DNA from: Hydrurus foetidus
Lineage: Eukaryota
NCBI GenBank assembly: GCA_900617105.1
Contig: UYFQ01000557.1
Coordinates: 1 to 47,385 of the forward strand
Length of the DNA stretch: 47,385 bases
Direction of reading: 5' to 3'
Shown here piece after piece: positions 1 to 11,294 of this stretch. The translations under genes and the position numbers were made by a program. Within the stretch, counting starts at the first letter, position 1, and each line of letters begins with the position of its first letter. The notes beneath the pieces were generated by a model. The model saw only the letters and a list, made by a program, of their open reading frames with translations. It ran no database searches and was not told the origin of the DNA.

Positions 1-1689
1 CGTCTTTGCTTCCCTGGTTTGTAAGCGACTTGAGGACGACGAGCTGCTTGATGAAGTATCCTTCAGGATTCTTGTCCGTAGGTTTTCCACGTGGAGACCC
101 GATCTTGAATCAGTGCTCAAATGATACCTTCTTGTGTTGCGGTGGTTGATACTTTGTCTTGGACTTGTCGTAAGTCTTCTCCTGTGGCTTGCGCTCAGAT
201 GGTTTACCTCCTGGAGCCTTGGATGTCTTGTGTGAGTACTTACACCGCTCACCGAACGTACAGGAGCCTTTGAGGAAATTGCGACATACATTTTCCTCAG
301 TGATTGCATTCATCTTGAATGCTTTGATGGTTGGAGGGTCGGCTCGAATGAGCTGATCGACAAGCTCGCGATATTCTTGACTGTTTCCCCGAGAGGTATA
401 CAGGATCGCTTCCATACCCTCCTGTTTGTTCCCTTTGAGCTTCCGGGTCAGCAGGTATAGCTTCTCTGACTCCGTCATACACGTGAGATTATCTTTGTTC
501 ACGCGCGTGACAGCCTCCTCGAACGCCGCGATGTTTTCTTTGATCGACTTGCTTGAAGGTAGCTTGAGATCGTCGAGTAGCTCCCTTGATAGTCCGCTCT
601 CATTACTCCTCTCGCCTTGAGCAAAGCCTTTGATGGCTTTGTACCACTCGATCCCGTTCTTGACGTCGATGTGTTGCGTGATGAGGTAATGTAGGTCCTT
701 GTTTGTGACAAGATTCATCAGAGCGAATAGTCTTTCACAATCATGGTTGAATCTAAAATAATCATCTTTCTTTGTGATGATTATTTTGTTGCCGTCGAAC
801 TTGGCAGATTCATGAGTATAACCGTTCGGATTATATTCATTTGATGGAACGGGGATCCTCTTTTCCTCAGCGAGAGTAAAGAGTTCGCACTCGTTCACGA
901 GAAGCTCGAGCTCTTTGAGCTTCTTCCTATTGGTAGCCTCGTCATTTGACAAGTTGATCTTGACTGCCATCGATGATTGATGCATCGTAGTGATCGTATA
1001 CTCTTTGACGGTGACCCGCCTACTTTCGATAAGGCTGTTGTCGTGAGACTTCCTTTGATCGATTCGATTACTGATTGGAGGTCGCTGACATCATCTCCTA
1101 CGTCTAGGATGATTTGACTCCCCGTGTTTTGTTGCGCCTTTTCGACCGGCGTCTTACTGATCACACTTTCTGATGAGATCGTGTACTCGATCATTACTGA
1201 CCGAATGATTTCTCTGATATCTTCATTCTATTACATCCTAGAAGATTGCCCAGTGGCCAGAGATATGGCAGGCTCCGGATAATGATGGATGGTTAGATCC
1301 ACTGAATCGCTCCTCTACCCATTGTCCAGAATCGCTCCAGGAATTATCGGCAGATCCTCCTGAATGGGATCTGGCGGAGCAGGCGCTCTGAGAATATCCT
1401 CAACTGGTATGCCTAACTCAGTTTGTTGGACGATGGGCGCCAGTGGAATAATATCCTGCTCAATATCGGCGAGGAAAGCCGGTTTCGATGGTGCTGAAGC
1501 TGACGAGATAAATCTCGTTTGGTCTCTTGACCGAGTAGCCATTCGAGCAGCGGCGGTATGTTTTGCCGCTGGTCTTGGCACACTAGAACTTCTGTTCTGA
1601 GTGGCTGGCATTGCTTTGCTTGTCTGATAAGTCAATTTTGGTTGGTAATAAAATCTCTCAGACTTGATTTGTGATTTCTCAACAATCAA
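1..1689 (-). pseudogene. Copia-type Gag with CCCH zinc finger, interrupted by stops/frameshifts (main ORF 110-985)
   Basis: Helical Gag-like core LFALMNLVTNKDLHYLI...GIEWYKAIK...SIKENIAAFEEAV...MTESEKLYLL, then CRNFLKGSCTFGERCKYSH. The frame stays open past TGA at 110-112 (FKIGSPRGKPTDKNPEGY...) to the window edge. Upstream ORF pieces 895-1194 and 1315-1689 are probably the broken N-terminus. Confidence 0.7.
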
Positions 1690-1698
1690 TCGCTACCA
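1687..1698 (-). other. Putative primer-binding site (TGGTAGCGATTG), possibly tRNA-iMet type
   Basis: TGG directly after the CA LTR end. TGGTAGCG matches the start of the yeast Ty1 tRNA-iMet PBS. The host tRNA cannot be checked here. Confidence 0.55.
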
Positions 1699-2128
1699 TG
1701 TGGATCTGGCTAAAGGATATCACCTGATGACTTATAGTCCAACAGGTGTGAAGGCTACTGCAGTAGAACTCCAAGACTCGACTAGAACGCTGTGTCGGCG
1801 AAACTGCAAGCTACATCGATTAAGATCTGCTTAGGTTTACAAGATACAGAAGATGTGCAGTTGGCAATCTGCATATGCAACTAACATGTGATTGGCTACC
1901 TGGCAAACGAGGTGGCGAGCAAGGTAGAGGTGAAATCATGTGTGGCGTTGCAAGAAAGATCATAGCAGTTGTTAGCACTGGAAGGATGCTTTCGAATATG
2001 GGATGTATCGCCAACGGCCATATCTGGTATGTACGGTGTACGTTCTATGGTGTACGTACGGTTACACATATATGTATACAGTACCACCTAACGTGTATCT
2101 ATACTACTATATCTGCTACTATATAACA
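1699..2128 (-). repeat. Putative 5' LTR of left Copia element (~430 bp)
   Basis: TGT...ACA termini, AT-rich distal part, adjacent PBS-like motif. The second LTR is outside the window, so the inner boundary is inferred. Confidence 0.55.
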
Positions 2129-4979
2129 GACGTAACTACGTTGGTGGTTAGTCTGACAGGTCCTCTGACTGCGACTCAGCATGCTGAGCTCATTCAGATC
2201 TTGGAGAAGCGCCTAGCTAATTGTAGCCAAATTCAACAAGACTATCAGAGGGCGAAAGCAGCTGACACCTCACCACCTAACACGTGGACGTGGTTAAAGA
2301 CAATGCTACGCATTGGTCAGGTTCTGGCTGAGGCTAGGTCAATGATGAACCTCATCAAGAGCTACGGCAACCCGGATGTGGTGTACTCGTTCCCTCCATC
2401 AGCCAATCCACCTGAGGTTGGTAAGAAAGAGACAGGCAGAGCTAGTGCTAAAGCACCCTCACCTACTCCATCCGTGACGTCTAGATCACTCACAACGACT
2501 GTGCGTACAACAGGCTCATACATTCCGACCCAGCACGGACTTGCTGTCCGTGCGTCGACAGAAGTGCCGTTCGTACCAAACTTACTAGCGTGCCCCTCGT
2601 GCGGGTCTAAGTCGCACATATTGAATGAGTGCCCCATTCTGTATTACTCCGACTCCAATACAGACCATTTGGCTGATTGGGAGGATTCTACATTGGGGAT
2701 GGCTTGGGCCGCGGTAGGGTTTACAGAATGGCAACAACATCTCGTACTCCCCGGATACGAAGATCGCGTTCTGTTACTCCCTAAGGGTTCTAAACCCTAC
2801 TTGATGTCTAACGACAACAAGCGCCCCAAAAACAGCCACGGTGGCGGTAACAACCCCAATGCCTCTGGTGGTTGAGATCGTTCCAACCAGGGACAAGGGG
2901 GGTATAACCAAAACCAGGGGAACCAAGGTAACCAGGGAGGTGATTACCATGGCGACCAAGGAGGGGGTAGAGGTAAGCAAAGGGGAGGATACAACCCCAA
3001 TGCGAACTAAAACCAGGGTCGTGGATCCGGTGGCAGGGGTAATCGATACAACCCCCCACAGGGAAACAACCCTCCTTCTTCCTCCAGTTCAGGTCAGGAT
3101 CAAGGTAAGAACCTTCGTTTTGATGACGTGGCTCCTGTCTTTGACGATGATACCCATAACCTGATGGATGTTCATGTCGAAGAACAGCCACATGTAATTG
3201 TTCGTGAATAATTTTTGCATGATAGATCTGTCCTTTCTTCTCATCACCTCAACGTAACAGTTATCGTGCAGGATAAAGGAAAGACAGGCCCAGCTAAGGA
3301 GCTGCAGGCCGTGGGGAAAGCCGTGCTGGACACCGCGAATTATTCGGAGGATTTTGTTTCTTTTACGATGTTAGAAAAACTTAATGCTACTCACCTTTGT
3401 TATTCTGCTCTTAAAGCCATAACTGTTTGTAGCAGCCTTGATGGTCAGTGTTATTTAAATAACGAAATTTGCGATTTAAAAATCCTTTTTTATTCTTACG
3501 ATGGCGAATGCCAGAGCATCAGCTTACCCATGAGGGTAAATAGAAAAACTTAAATTGAAATTTTGTTTAGCCGTAAAACGGTAAATAAATACGATTTTTG
3601 GTCTTTAACTCCGTTTGCTTTCAGCATATCGCCAGAACTAAGCGCGGAGACTAAGAAGAAAAGCGATGCGCGCAAACGCGACTTCGATAAGAGGGAAGCC
3701 TTGTTGAAATTTGATCCTATGTATCAGCATAAGTATACGCGTCGTATGATAGAGTTGGGTGCCGAACCTGATACAGCCGAAGTCGAGTCTATTACGCCTC
3801 ACTACGATAAGCTAAAGTATCCAGGCGGTAAACAGAACTGTCCGTGTTGTCAAAAGTTGAGTGCAAAAGATCCTAAAATCAATGCTTCTCACTTTGCAAC
3901 GTCGAATTATGCGATCTTCGATACGCTGAATGTTGACTATATTGGTCCATTTCCAGACGAAGGTTATATCCTTGTCATTATCGACACGTTCACACGATGA
4001 ACGGAACTGTTCTGGTGCGCAAATGCAGACGAAAAATCAGCGGCCGATTGCTGACTCTCTCATTTTGGCCGTTTCGGCTCGCCAAATATGATAAGATCGG
4101 ATCGAGGATTCCATTTCGCAAATGATTTAATAAAAGATTTTTTTGATCTTTGTGGTACACCACATAATTTAAGCCTCGAATACTCGAAACAAGAAAATGC
4201 GATTGTTGAGAGAGTCAACAAAGAGGTAAATAAACACCTACGAGGTCTTGTTTTTGATAAACAGACCCTAGAGGGATATGCTAAGTCAATCCCGTTTGTG
4301 CAACGCATCATTAACAGTTCAGTCAATAGACGCACTAAAGTTGCGCCCGCACATTTACTGTTCGGAAACAAGCTTGACTTGAATCGTGGTATTTTAACAC
4401 CGCACTTAAGTGTGAGTACACATTCTCGATCAACATACATTAAAGACTTGATCAGTGTTCGGGACAAGGTCCTCGATTCAGCTGTTCAAGCTTTAATGTC
4501 AGCAGACGCTAAACACGCGGCATCAGCTAAATGTGCGACCGTGTTCCCTATAGGGACATATGTTTTATGCCGTTACACTGATCGACCGCCAACTCGGTTA
4601 CACACTACGTGGCATGGCCCGTACCGTGTTATCTCCTATAAAAGATCCGAGTATGTCCTTGCAAACCTTGTTACTCACAAAGAACGAAGTGTGCATATTA
4701 AAAATTTAAAAAATTAATTATGATTCATAGGTAGATGTACCTGCTGACACTGCTCGTCGTGACTACATGGAATTTGTAGTGGAAAAGGTCCTTAAACACT
4801 CCGGTGACACAAAGAAACCAACAGCGATGTCATTCCAAGTCAAATGGCTTCATTATGATGACACTCATAATTCATGGGAGCCGTGGAAAAACCTACGGCT
4901 TTGTGAAGCACTCCATGACTATTTGAGGGACAATAAAATGAAGCATTTTATCCCCAAGAACCTTGAGGCATCAGTCTAA
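2129..4979 (+). pseudogene. Gypsy gag-pol remnant: CCHC knuckle, aspartic protease, integrase core, chromodomain
   Basis: CPSCGSKSHILNEC (C-X2-C-X4-H-X4-C) and a G/N/Q/R-rich linker. AVLDTANYS is a degenerate D-T-G protease site. Integrase motifs CPCCQK, LNVDYIGPF, IRSDRG, NAIVERVNK, WHGPYRV. Chromodomain FVVEKVLKH...FQVKWLHYDDTHNSWEPWKNL. One frame with stops at 2873, 3008, 3209, 3551, 3998 and 4052, and a frameshift near 4715. Confidence 0.9.
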
Positions 4980-5310
4980 GAAGACTGATCTCGAACGTAT
5001 TATCTTTTGAAGATTTTTCCTAATTTTCCCTCCATGGAGGTTTTATGGTTTTAGTCAGTAAAAATATGACATAATTACGTATCGAGGCCTCGTGCACATG
5101 TACTTACGTACATGTGCACTTCTTCTCTTTGACCGACCCACCACAATGTCTATTTTGTATAGATTTTTATTATACTTTTCGTTATTTTTCGTATAAATTT
5201 TTCTTTTTTAATCTTTTCCATTCCTTTCTGTAGTAATTATTAGTTGTTTATCTTTTTGTACAAAAACGTGGTGGTCGCGTCATAGATTAGTTTTCTTCGG
5301 AAAAAGTGAT

Positions 5311-5322
5311 AAATGGGGGAAA
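5311..5322 (+). other. Polypurine tract of Gypsy element
   Basis: AAATGGGGGAAA immediately before the TG that opens the LTR. Confidence 0.7.
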
Positions 5323-5589
5323 TGTGGTCGAACCGGGTATAATGGGCCCACGGGCCGTACCGGACCTTGTCACGATCCACCCGATCCTTCCGCACCGGGT
5401 ATGCCGGGCCTACGGGCCGTACCGGACCTTGTCACGATCCACCCGATCCTTCCGCCTAAAGTACACTTACATCCTTGCACACTGCTAGCTAGCTGGAGCC
5501 GACTCGTAGAAGTTTATCCTAGCTTCTAGCATAGCAACTGTAACTAACTACCACCTCTTCTACATCGACCTACTTCTGTCCGGACCACA
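5323..5589 (+). repeat. 3' LTR of Gypsy element (267 bp) with an internal 62-bp tandem duplication
   Basis: Perfect 7-bp terminal inverted repeat TGTGGTC...GACCACA. 5332-5393 is repeated at 5394-5455 with few changes. Confidence 0.8.
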
Positions 5590-6993
5590 ACCCGTACAGC
5601 CCGTACGGGTGTGCGGGTCACAGCTTTTTCCAATGATAAAGTTGCGGTTCTCGAGAAAAGTGCCTCTTCAATAACAAAGTGTGAGCATGTCTTTTTTGTG
5701 GCGATTCTTCATCAAAGTGCCGGTTACTCGATAAATTTTTAATTCAACCAAAATTGCTGCGATTCCCTAAAGGTAATGCCGTATTACTTGTTTTAGTTGC
5801 GCAATATTAAAAATAGTATCCACTTGTCTAATAATAGAGGCAATTCCACGAAAAAAGTGGTACTTCCATATAAAAAGTGGTAGACTTTAGATTTTAGTTG
5901 CACATTATATGTACCCATTAATCTAGTCGCTTTTGGTATTTTGTGCTGGAAAAGGTCAATTCCGGATCCATGAAGCCTCCGGGTTAGAATCCCCCCTCAG
6001 GCATCTGTGGGCGACGATAACGATGTGCGCCACATTTAGCCGACAATAACAACCTTGGCACCCTATGTAATACAGTAATCGTCGTTATCTGTAGTATCTC
6101 ATTACCTCATATGTAGCACATTCTGCGTAACATTTACTAATTTACTTATTTTACTCGTACTGTTTATAAACTCTATTCTTTTTCTGCGAAGAAGAGTGCC
6201 GCCATCAGAGGGCAAAGTTTTTGAGCCCCAGACCTCGATATTTTTTTAGGATTGTTCGCAACAGTAGTCGAGTCGATGCCGCTTTGTCAGTAGCCAGTCA
6301 GAGGAATAAGATTTTGCAAAGAGAGAGCTTGATAGCATTATCTAGTGATTTCTTTCGTACAATTTTGTGCATGGAGATGGGTTAATGGACACCCTGGTGA
6401 GGGGACAAGGAAAGGTAGGGAGGAGAAAGGGGTTGTACTGTTCGCACGTGCCATCGTGTGTCCAGAGATGGAACTAGGAAGCTTTCTAATGAATTGTTGA
6501 AAGAGTATCTGACGTCATTGTGAATGTTTTTCCGGATTGGCGCGGCGAGGGTGAGGATGGGAAAGGTTGCGGTGGAACGTTAGAGGAAGAGGGGTGAGGT
6601 GTAAGGGAAGGGGGGACGGGGGGACGAATTCGAGGTGAGAGGGATTCGAGGATTGGTTCGAAGGTGGGATGTAAGGGACAAAAAGTTGTTGAGGATCAAG
6701 CGGGGAAGCGTGAGAAGTAGTACAGGTAAGCCGGGGGCTGACTTTGGGGTGAGGTAGTTTGTTGTTGTTGTTCATGACGTTTAGAAGAGCGGGGGGGTTG
6801 AGTGGATGGTTATTGAGATAGCGGGAGGAGGAGGGACAACGTTGGAGGGTGGGGATTGAAGAGGGGTGGTGGAGGGAGGGAGGATAGTGAAAGTACATGT
6901 GTATGTGCATACACTTGTACTTGTGCTACAGTGCATATATGTACGTTCATGTACTTCTGCTTTTGCTACTGTGCGTATGTGTATGTGTGTTAA

Positions 6994-7428
6994 TTTGCTG
7001 AGTATCGGAATAGCGGGGTGTCGAGGCCTGACATGGCAATCGCTTGCGGCAATAGGTCAGCACTGCAAAGCGTTGACAAGCATTGATGTTTAAAAGTGCA
7101 CTGGTATCGAGGACGAAGGTAGAAGGGCTCTTGCGTAGCTAATATCAATCAGTGTTCGAGGATGCTCTATACTGACAGGCGCATCACTAGCAGCGATAGG
7201 AGAGGGTTGCGGGGGACTGACGAGTATTGATATCGTTGTAACAGCAGCATGACAGATGATGGTGTATTAAGTCTGATCCAGGGATGCAGCCAGCTCCAAA
7301 TGATCAATGCTCGACACTTCGCTCTACTGACGGATGCATCACTCGCTGCGATTGGAAAGTATTGCAGGGGACTGAGCACTGATTTGTCTCGGAACAGAAA
7401 CAAAAAGTTTGCACTCCAAAAGGCTTGA
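6994..7428 (+). pseudogene. Cysteine-containing LRR (FBXL/AMN1-type) pseudogene fragment
   Basis: Manual translation: LLSIGIAGCRGLTWQSLAAIGQHCKALTSIDV*KCTGIEDEGRRALA*LISISVRGCSILTGASLAAIGEGCGGLTSIDI / frameshift / CNSSMTDDGVLSLIQGCSQLQMINARHFALLTDASLAAIGKYCRGL. Confidence 0.8.
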
Positions 7429-7614
7429 CAGCAAGGCGTTAAGCAGAGTGTGATAGCGTGTCTGTTTTGACTGTCGAACCAATTGAATGGCTTCGAGGGG
7501 ATGCTGCCGCTCTAATGGATATCGAGCCAAGCAGATGGGAAATGGAGTGCAGGGGCCGAGTAGAGCAGCAACAGGGACTAACACAAGGGGGAGGGGGCTG
7601 CTTACAAACGGACA

Positions 7615-7745
7615 GCAGGGAAGTGCAGTGCAGGGAAGTGCAGTGCAGGGAAGTACAGTGCAGGGTGCTGCAGGAGAGTACCGTAGCAGCAGCAGTAGCA
7701 GTAGCAGCAGTAGCTACGGCGAGGCGAGGCGAGGCGAGGCGAGGA
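7615..7745. repeat. Short tandem repeats: 15-bp GCAGGGAAGTGCAGT x3, (GCA/GTA)n, (GAGGC)n
   Basis: Directly visible. Confidence 0.85.
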
Positions 7746-8325
7746 TAGGCGAAGTGTTCGATTGGATCTAGATGGTGCGATAAGCTATTTACATCTCATC
7801 AAGATGGACGGAATGGCATATTAAATCCCATACAGCTAGGATTTCGACAATTTGTACTTCCCTATTCTTATTCAGTGCGTGTTGTCCTAGGCAGTAACGA
7901 CGTAAACACAAAAACCTACTGAAGAGGACTCCTGACATAATTCATCTGTTTTTATTTCACACGATTATATTGAAAGAAAATTAGACCCTTTCAGGGGAGA
8001 GCTATTTCGTACAAAAATGGTATAAGAATACAGTCGGCACTGATGTGAAGTGACATGAGGGAGGGAGAGTGTGTAAGACACCGCCGCATAAGGCGCAGTG
8101 CAGTCTATTCAGCAGAAATGTCGTGCTGAGCGAAAGCGCTGAGGTCAGGTCACTTACTGAGTTATCATATACTTCAATAGTAGACGCAGTTGCGTGAAGG
8201 GTCAATGACGAGTTGTAAAGACAGAGTGTGAGTTAGATATAATATTCTCAAAAGCTGTACAGTATGATGCGGTGCAGTACGGTTTGACAAGATTGACAGG
8301 ACAGGACAGGACAGGACTGCCTAGA

Positions 8326-10447
8326 TTACATTGTGCAGCACGCAGGGTCGAAGCAAGGTAACCTGAGAGCGCTCGCAGAAGCGGCGTCCGGCCCTAAGTA
8401 GTCCCCTTCGAGCTCAACATTTCCTGACGGGCCGTACACGTACCGTACGGTCTCCATGCAGGGGGAGGGGGTTGGGACTTTTTTCATGCTGGGGGTCGGG
8501 CACACAGCAACCCTCTCCTCTTTCAGGCGAATTTCATAACCGCGCATTTTCACCACTTCGCTGAGATTTTTCGACCTGTCTATTCCGTGCTCATGGTACA
8601 CGTATCCCGCATTGCGTATGACACATCCGTTCTCCCCTCCTGCTTGAACCGACAAATGCGTTCCCTCAGGGGCCGTGACCTTCATGCCTCCATCGAGTTT
8701 GAGGGAGCGTATGACGACATCCCCTTGCACTATCAATGTTGACCGGGACGATATATCGATGGCCAGTGGATTGGGGAATAGTCTCTGAATGTCTGAGAGG
8801 AAAACAGCTGACGAGGGCGAGACGGATATGCAGGGACCGGGACATGCGAATATTCCTAAGAAGCTTCTCGGAGCAGCTGGAGGAACGTTCGCTCCTAGCT
8901 TCCTCAGTACAGAAGCGTACACAGCGTACATGTCACTCTCGGCTTGATACGCACTGCCAGCAGGAACCCCTGCAGCAGCTGATGCGGCGGCATCTTCGGG
9001 ATTGTTCTTACAAGGACTGTAGCAGATCCAAGAAGGAGCCAGCGTGAATCCGACTTTCGACTCCTGTCCGAGCAACTTAGGATAGTCCTGCATCATGCAC
9101 TCCAGACGAGTTGGCTTCTTGAAAGAGGTCTTCGAGCTGTCGCTGTACTTCGGATTCACGAACTCTTCGATAGCCCCGTTGGTATTCTGCAGCGTGGACT
9201 CGTAGGACCCCATCCGGAACACCAGGTGGTTAATGTTCCCGGGGTACATGCTCAGTCCCGTTGATTTGTCGTTCACGTCTCCTGCAGGTGACACTGTTGC
9301 TCGGAGCATGGGGTCCAGCTGGTTGTACTCCACATTTATGGTCATCTGCCTGCCGTCAGTGTGGGTCAGCTTAGTTACTGCTCCAACTGCTTGCTTGGCA
9401 TACCGAGGAATAGCCAACGAGTTTACGTCTAAGTCCAGAGACACACTGACACCTATCATGGCAGGCAGCGTGATAAAAGCGAGCCCGTTAGTGTCTTGGA
9501 AGAATATGCACCACTTGACCCCTGCGCTCTTCCACTTCGCAGCTGTGCCTGTCGAGTGCATCAGGCTGTGCACATCTCCGTGTCCATGAGGCTTCGCATC
9601 GATGACGTAGGCACTTGCGGATGCAATTTGAGCTGCATTATTGGTAAGAGCTGGTACCTTTCCTTGTTTCAGAATGGTGACTTGTGATTGCTCTAGCCCA
9701 AAGTAGTTCTCAGTTTCTAGCAGTGCAATTGTTCTTGCACAAGTATCCTCTGATACCATTATAGCCAGCGGAAGTTTCATGCCATGCTGTGCATATTTTC
9801 GCTGCATTGCTAGTATTTGCGAACAATACAGCTTTATATAACTTGTTCCAGATGTAGTTTCGGTAGGAAGTTCTATTTTTATACCGCTGTACCCGAGCCT
9901 TTCACCCATTCCACCTGCTACGAGCACGAAACCACAACAGCCAATTTCCTTTAATCCAACATTCTCATATGCTTCGTACTCCGGAGAAAGAGGTTCTAAC
10001 GATACGCCCGTTGGAACCTCTGGCGTCCAACCAGCAAGTGGATTCTCACCATTTTTTGCACTTTCTAAGAGTTTTTTCGCGTTTGCTATGTATGCTCTAA
10101 GACCACCAGGAACGTTGTAGCTCTCATGTAATTCTTTGATCTGACTAAAGAAAGCGTGCTTTTTATCGTCATTTGAACCAGGTAATTCCCACTTCGAAAA
10201 TAAATGATGTTGGTCTATGGATAGCAATAAGTCGGCAAGCCCTAGCTCCTCGGTGGAGAGTATCGGACTGTTCGCCTTTAAAGTTTCGGGCCATGATTCA
10301 GTGTCGTATGATGTGAACATATCCTGAGGAGGAAGGTAAAGAATGCAAGATTTCATTGTAAGAGGAAAAGGCGATGTATAGAAAGTTGGAGATGCGGAGA
10401 CAGACCTGCACAAGAGTTGTCAGGCCAAACAACGTCTCAATCGACAT
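8326..10447 (-). CDS. USP: UDP-sugar pyrophosphorylase; predicted exons 10447-10406 and 10323-8326
   Basis: FVLVAGGMGERLGYSGIK, KPHGHGDVH, FFQDTN, NVEYNQLDP, YPGNIN, EFVNPKY, FKKPTRLECMMQDYP. A phase-0 intron 10405-10324 (CAG|gtctgt...cctcag|GAT) links an upstream ATG in frame. Confidence 0.93.
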
Positions 10448-11294
10448 GATTAATCGAGCAGAGGACTCAATGAGACGAGTTGATGATCCATACGATGAGA
10501 TGTCTCGCGATGTCTAAAATGCTACACATGAGCCGATTACTCACATCCCGCATCGTCATGAGTATTTTGTAATGAAATGCTATATTAATCCAGAACCTAA
10601 ATGACCATGTGTCGTACCTAAATTTGCTCTTTCGTTTCTCGTGTGAAATTGACTGTTCCTCAATTTTCGGCTCACTTGAAGATGGGAACTAAATGGTGAG
10701 AGCCGACTTCGTAAGCTTAATGTTACTTGAACAGCATGATATTTTTATATTTGAGCAGATCTCGATAGGTGTAAAGGCTAGGCGTGCTGAGTATCAGTAG
10801 AATATCTCCGTGCATTTTACAGCGAAGTGACAGAGTCCTTCAATGCTATGTTACTGTACTACTTAAAGGCTATCGGAGCAGCGCTTCAAGGAACCTCCAC
10901 AAGGCAACAATATTGGACACAGTTGAGATCAACCGATGGATGTCCTGTTAGATGGAGGGGTTCTCTAGACATATTCTATTATGGGATAAGCGATTTAGTT
11001 GAGAGCAGGAGTAGTTAAATCTTTGCTACTGGCACGATTCGATGAAGATATTCTGTGGCACGCTTTTGTTACGTCAACTATGAGAATGGGGATATTGCGC
11101 TTCAAGCCAAGTAAAGAGGGATAGATAAACATGTAGGAACACGGGACACGAGAAGTGAAGCGAAGATAAGGAAGAAATGTACGCGTACTTGTGCAACATA
11201 AACAATAATGCCTCTAGGCCCCACCACATGCACTGATCGCTATGTTCTATGTACATTGAAAACATACGGTGCGGTGCGGTGCGGTGTGGAGGAG

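Larger units (their letters stand above)
1..2128 (-). mobile_element. Ty1/Copia LTR retrotransposon, 5' portion (5' LTR, PBS, decayed gag); continues beyond window start
   Basis: Minus strand begins TGTTATAT at 2128. The putative LTR ends ...ATCCACA at 1699 and is immediately followed by TGGTAGCG (PBS-like). The downstream ORF resembles Copia-type (UBN2/Retrotran_gag_2) Gag. Gypsy gag-like coding sequence starts on the other strand at 2129. Confidence 0.75.
2129..5589 (+). mobile_element. Ty3/Gypsy chromovirus-like LTR retrotransposon, decayed, interrupted at its 5' side by the Copia insertion, RT-RNase H missing
   Basis: Domain order: Gag zinc knuckle, protease-like motif, integrase, chromodomain, purine-rich tract, LTR. 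Confidence 0.9.

Noticed and set aside
110..4054. Alternative genetic code or programmed readthrough of TGA
   Set aside because: Stops of different types occur at positions expecting different residues, alongside frameshifts, and host genes terminate normally with TAA or TGA.
5590..5960. MITE or piggyBac remnant after the Gypsy LTR (hairpin ACCCGTAC..GTACGGGT, loose AAAGTG repeats)
   Set aside because: No convincing TIR pair or TSD.
6390..6910. 131-aa Pro/His-rich minus-strand ORF in a G-rich tract
   Set aside because: Low-complexity composition explains the open frame; no recognisable domain.
8326..10413. ORF-track start of USP at 10413
   Set aside because: It is a non-ATG start reading through a probable intron; the spliced ATG at 10447 fits better.
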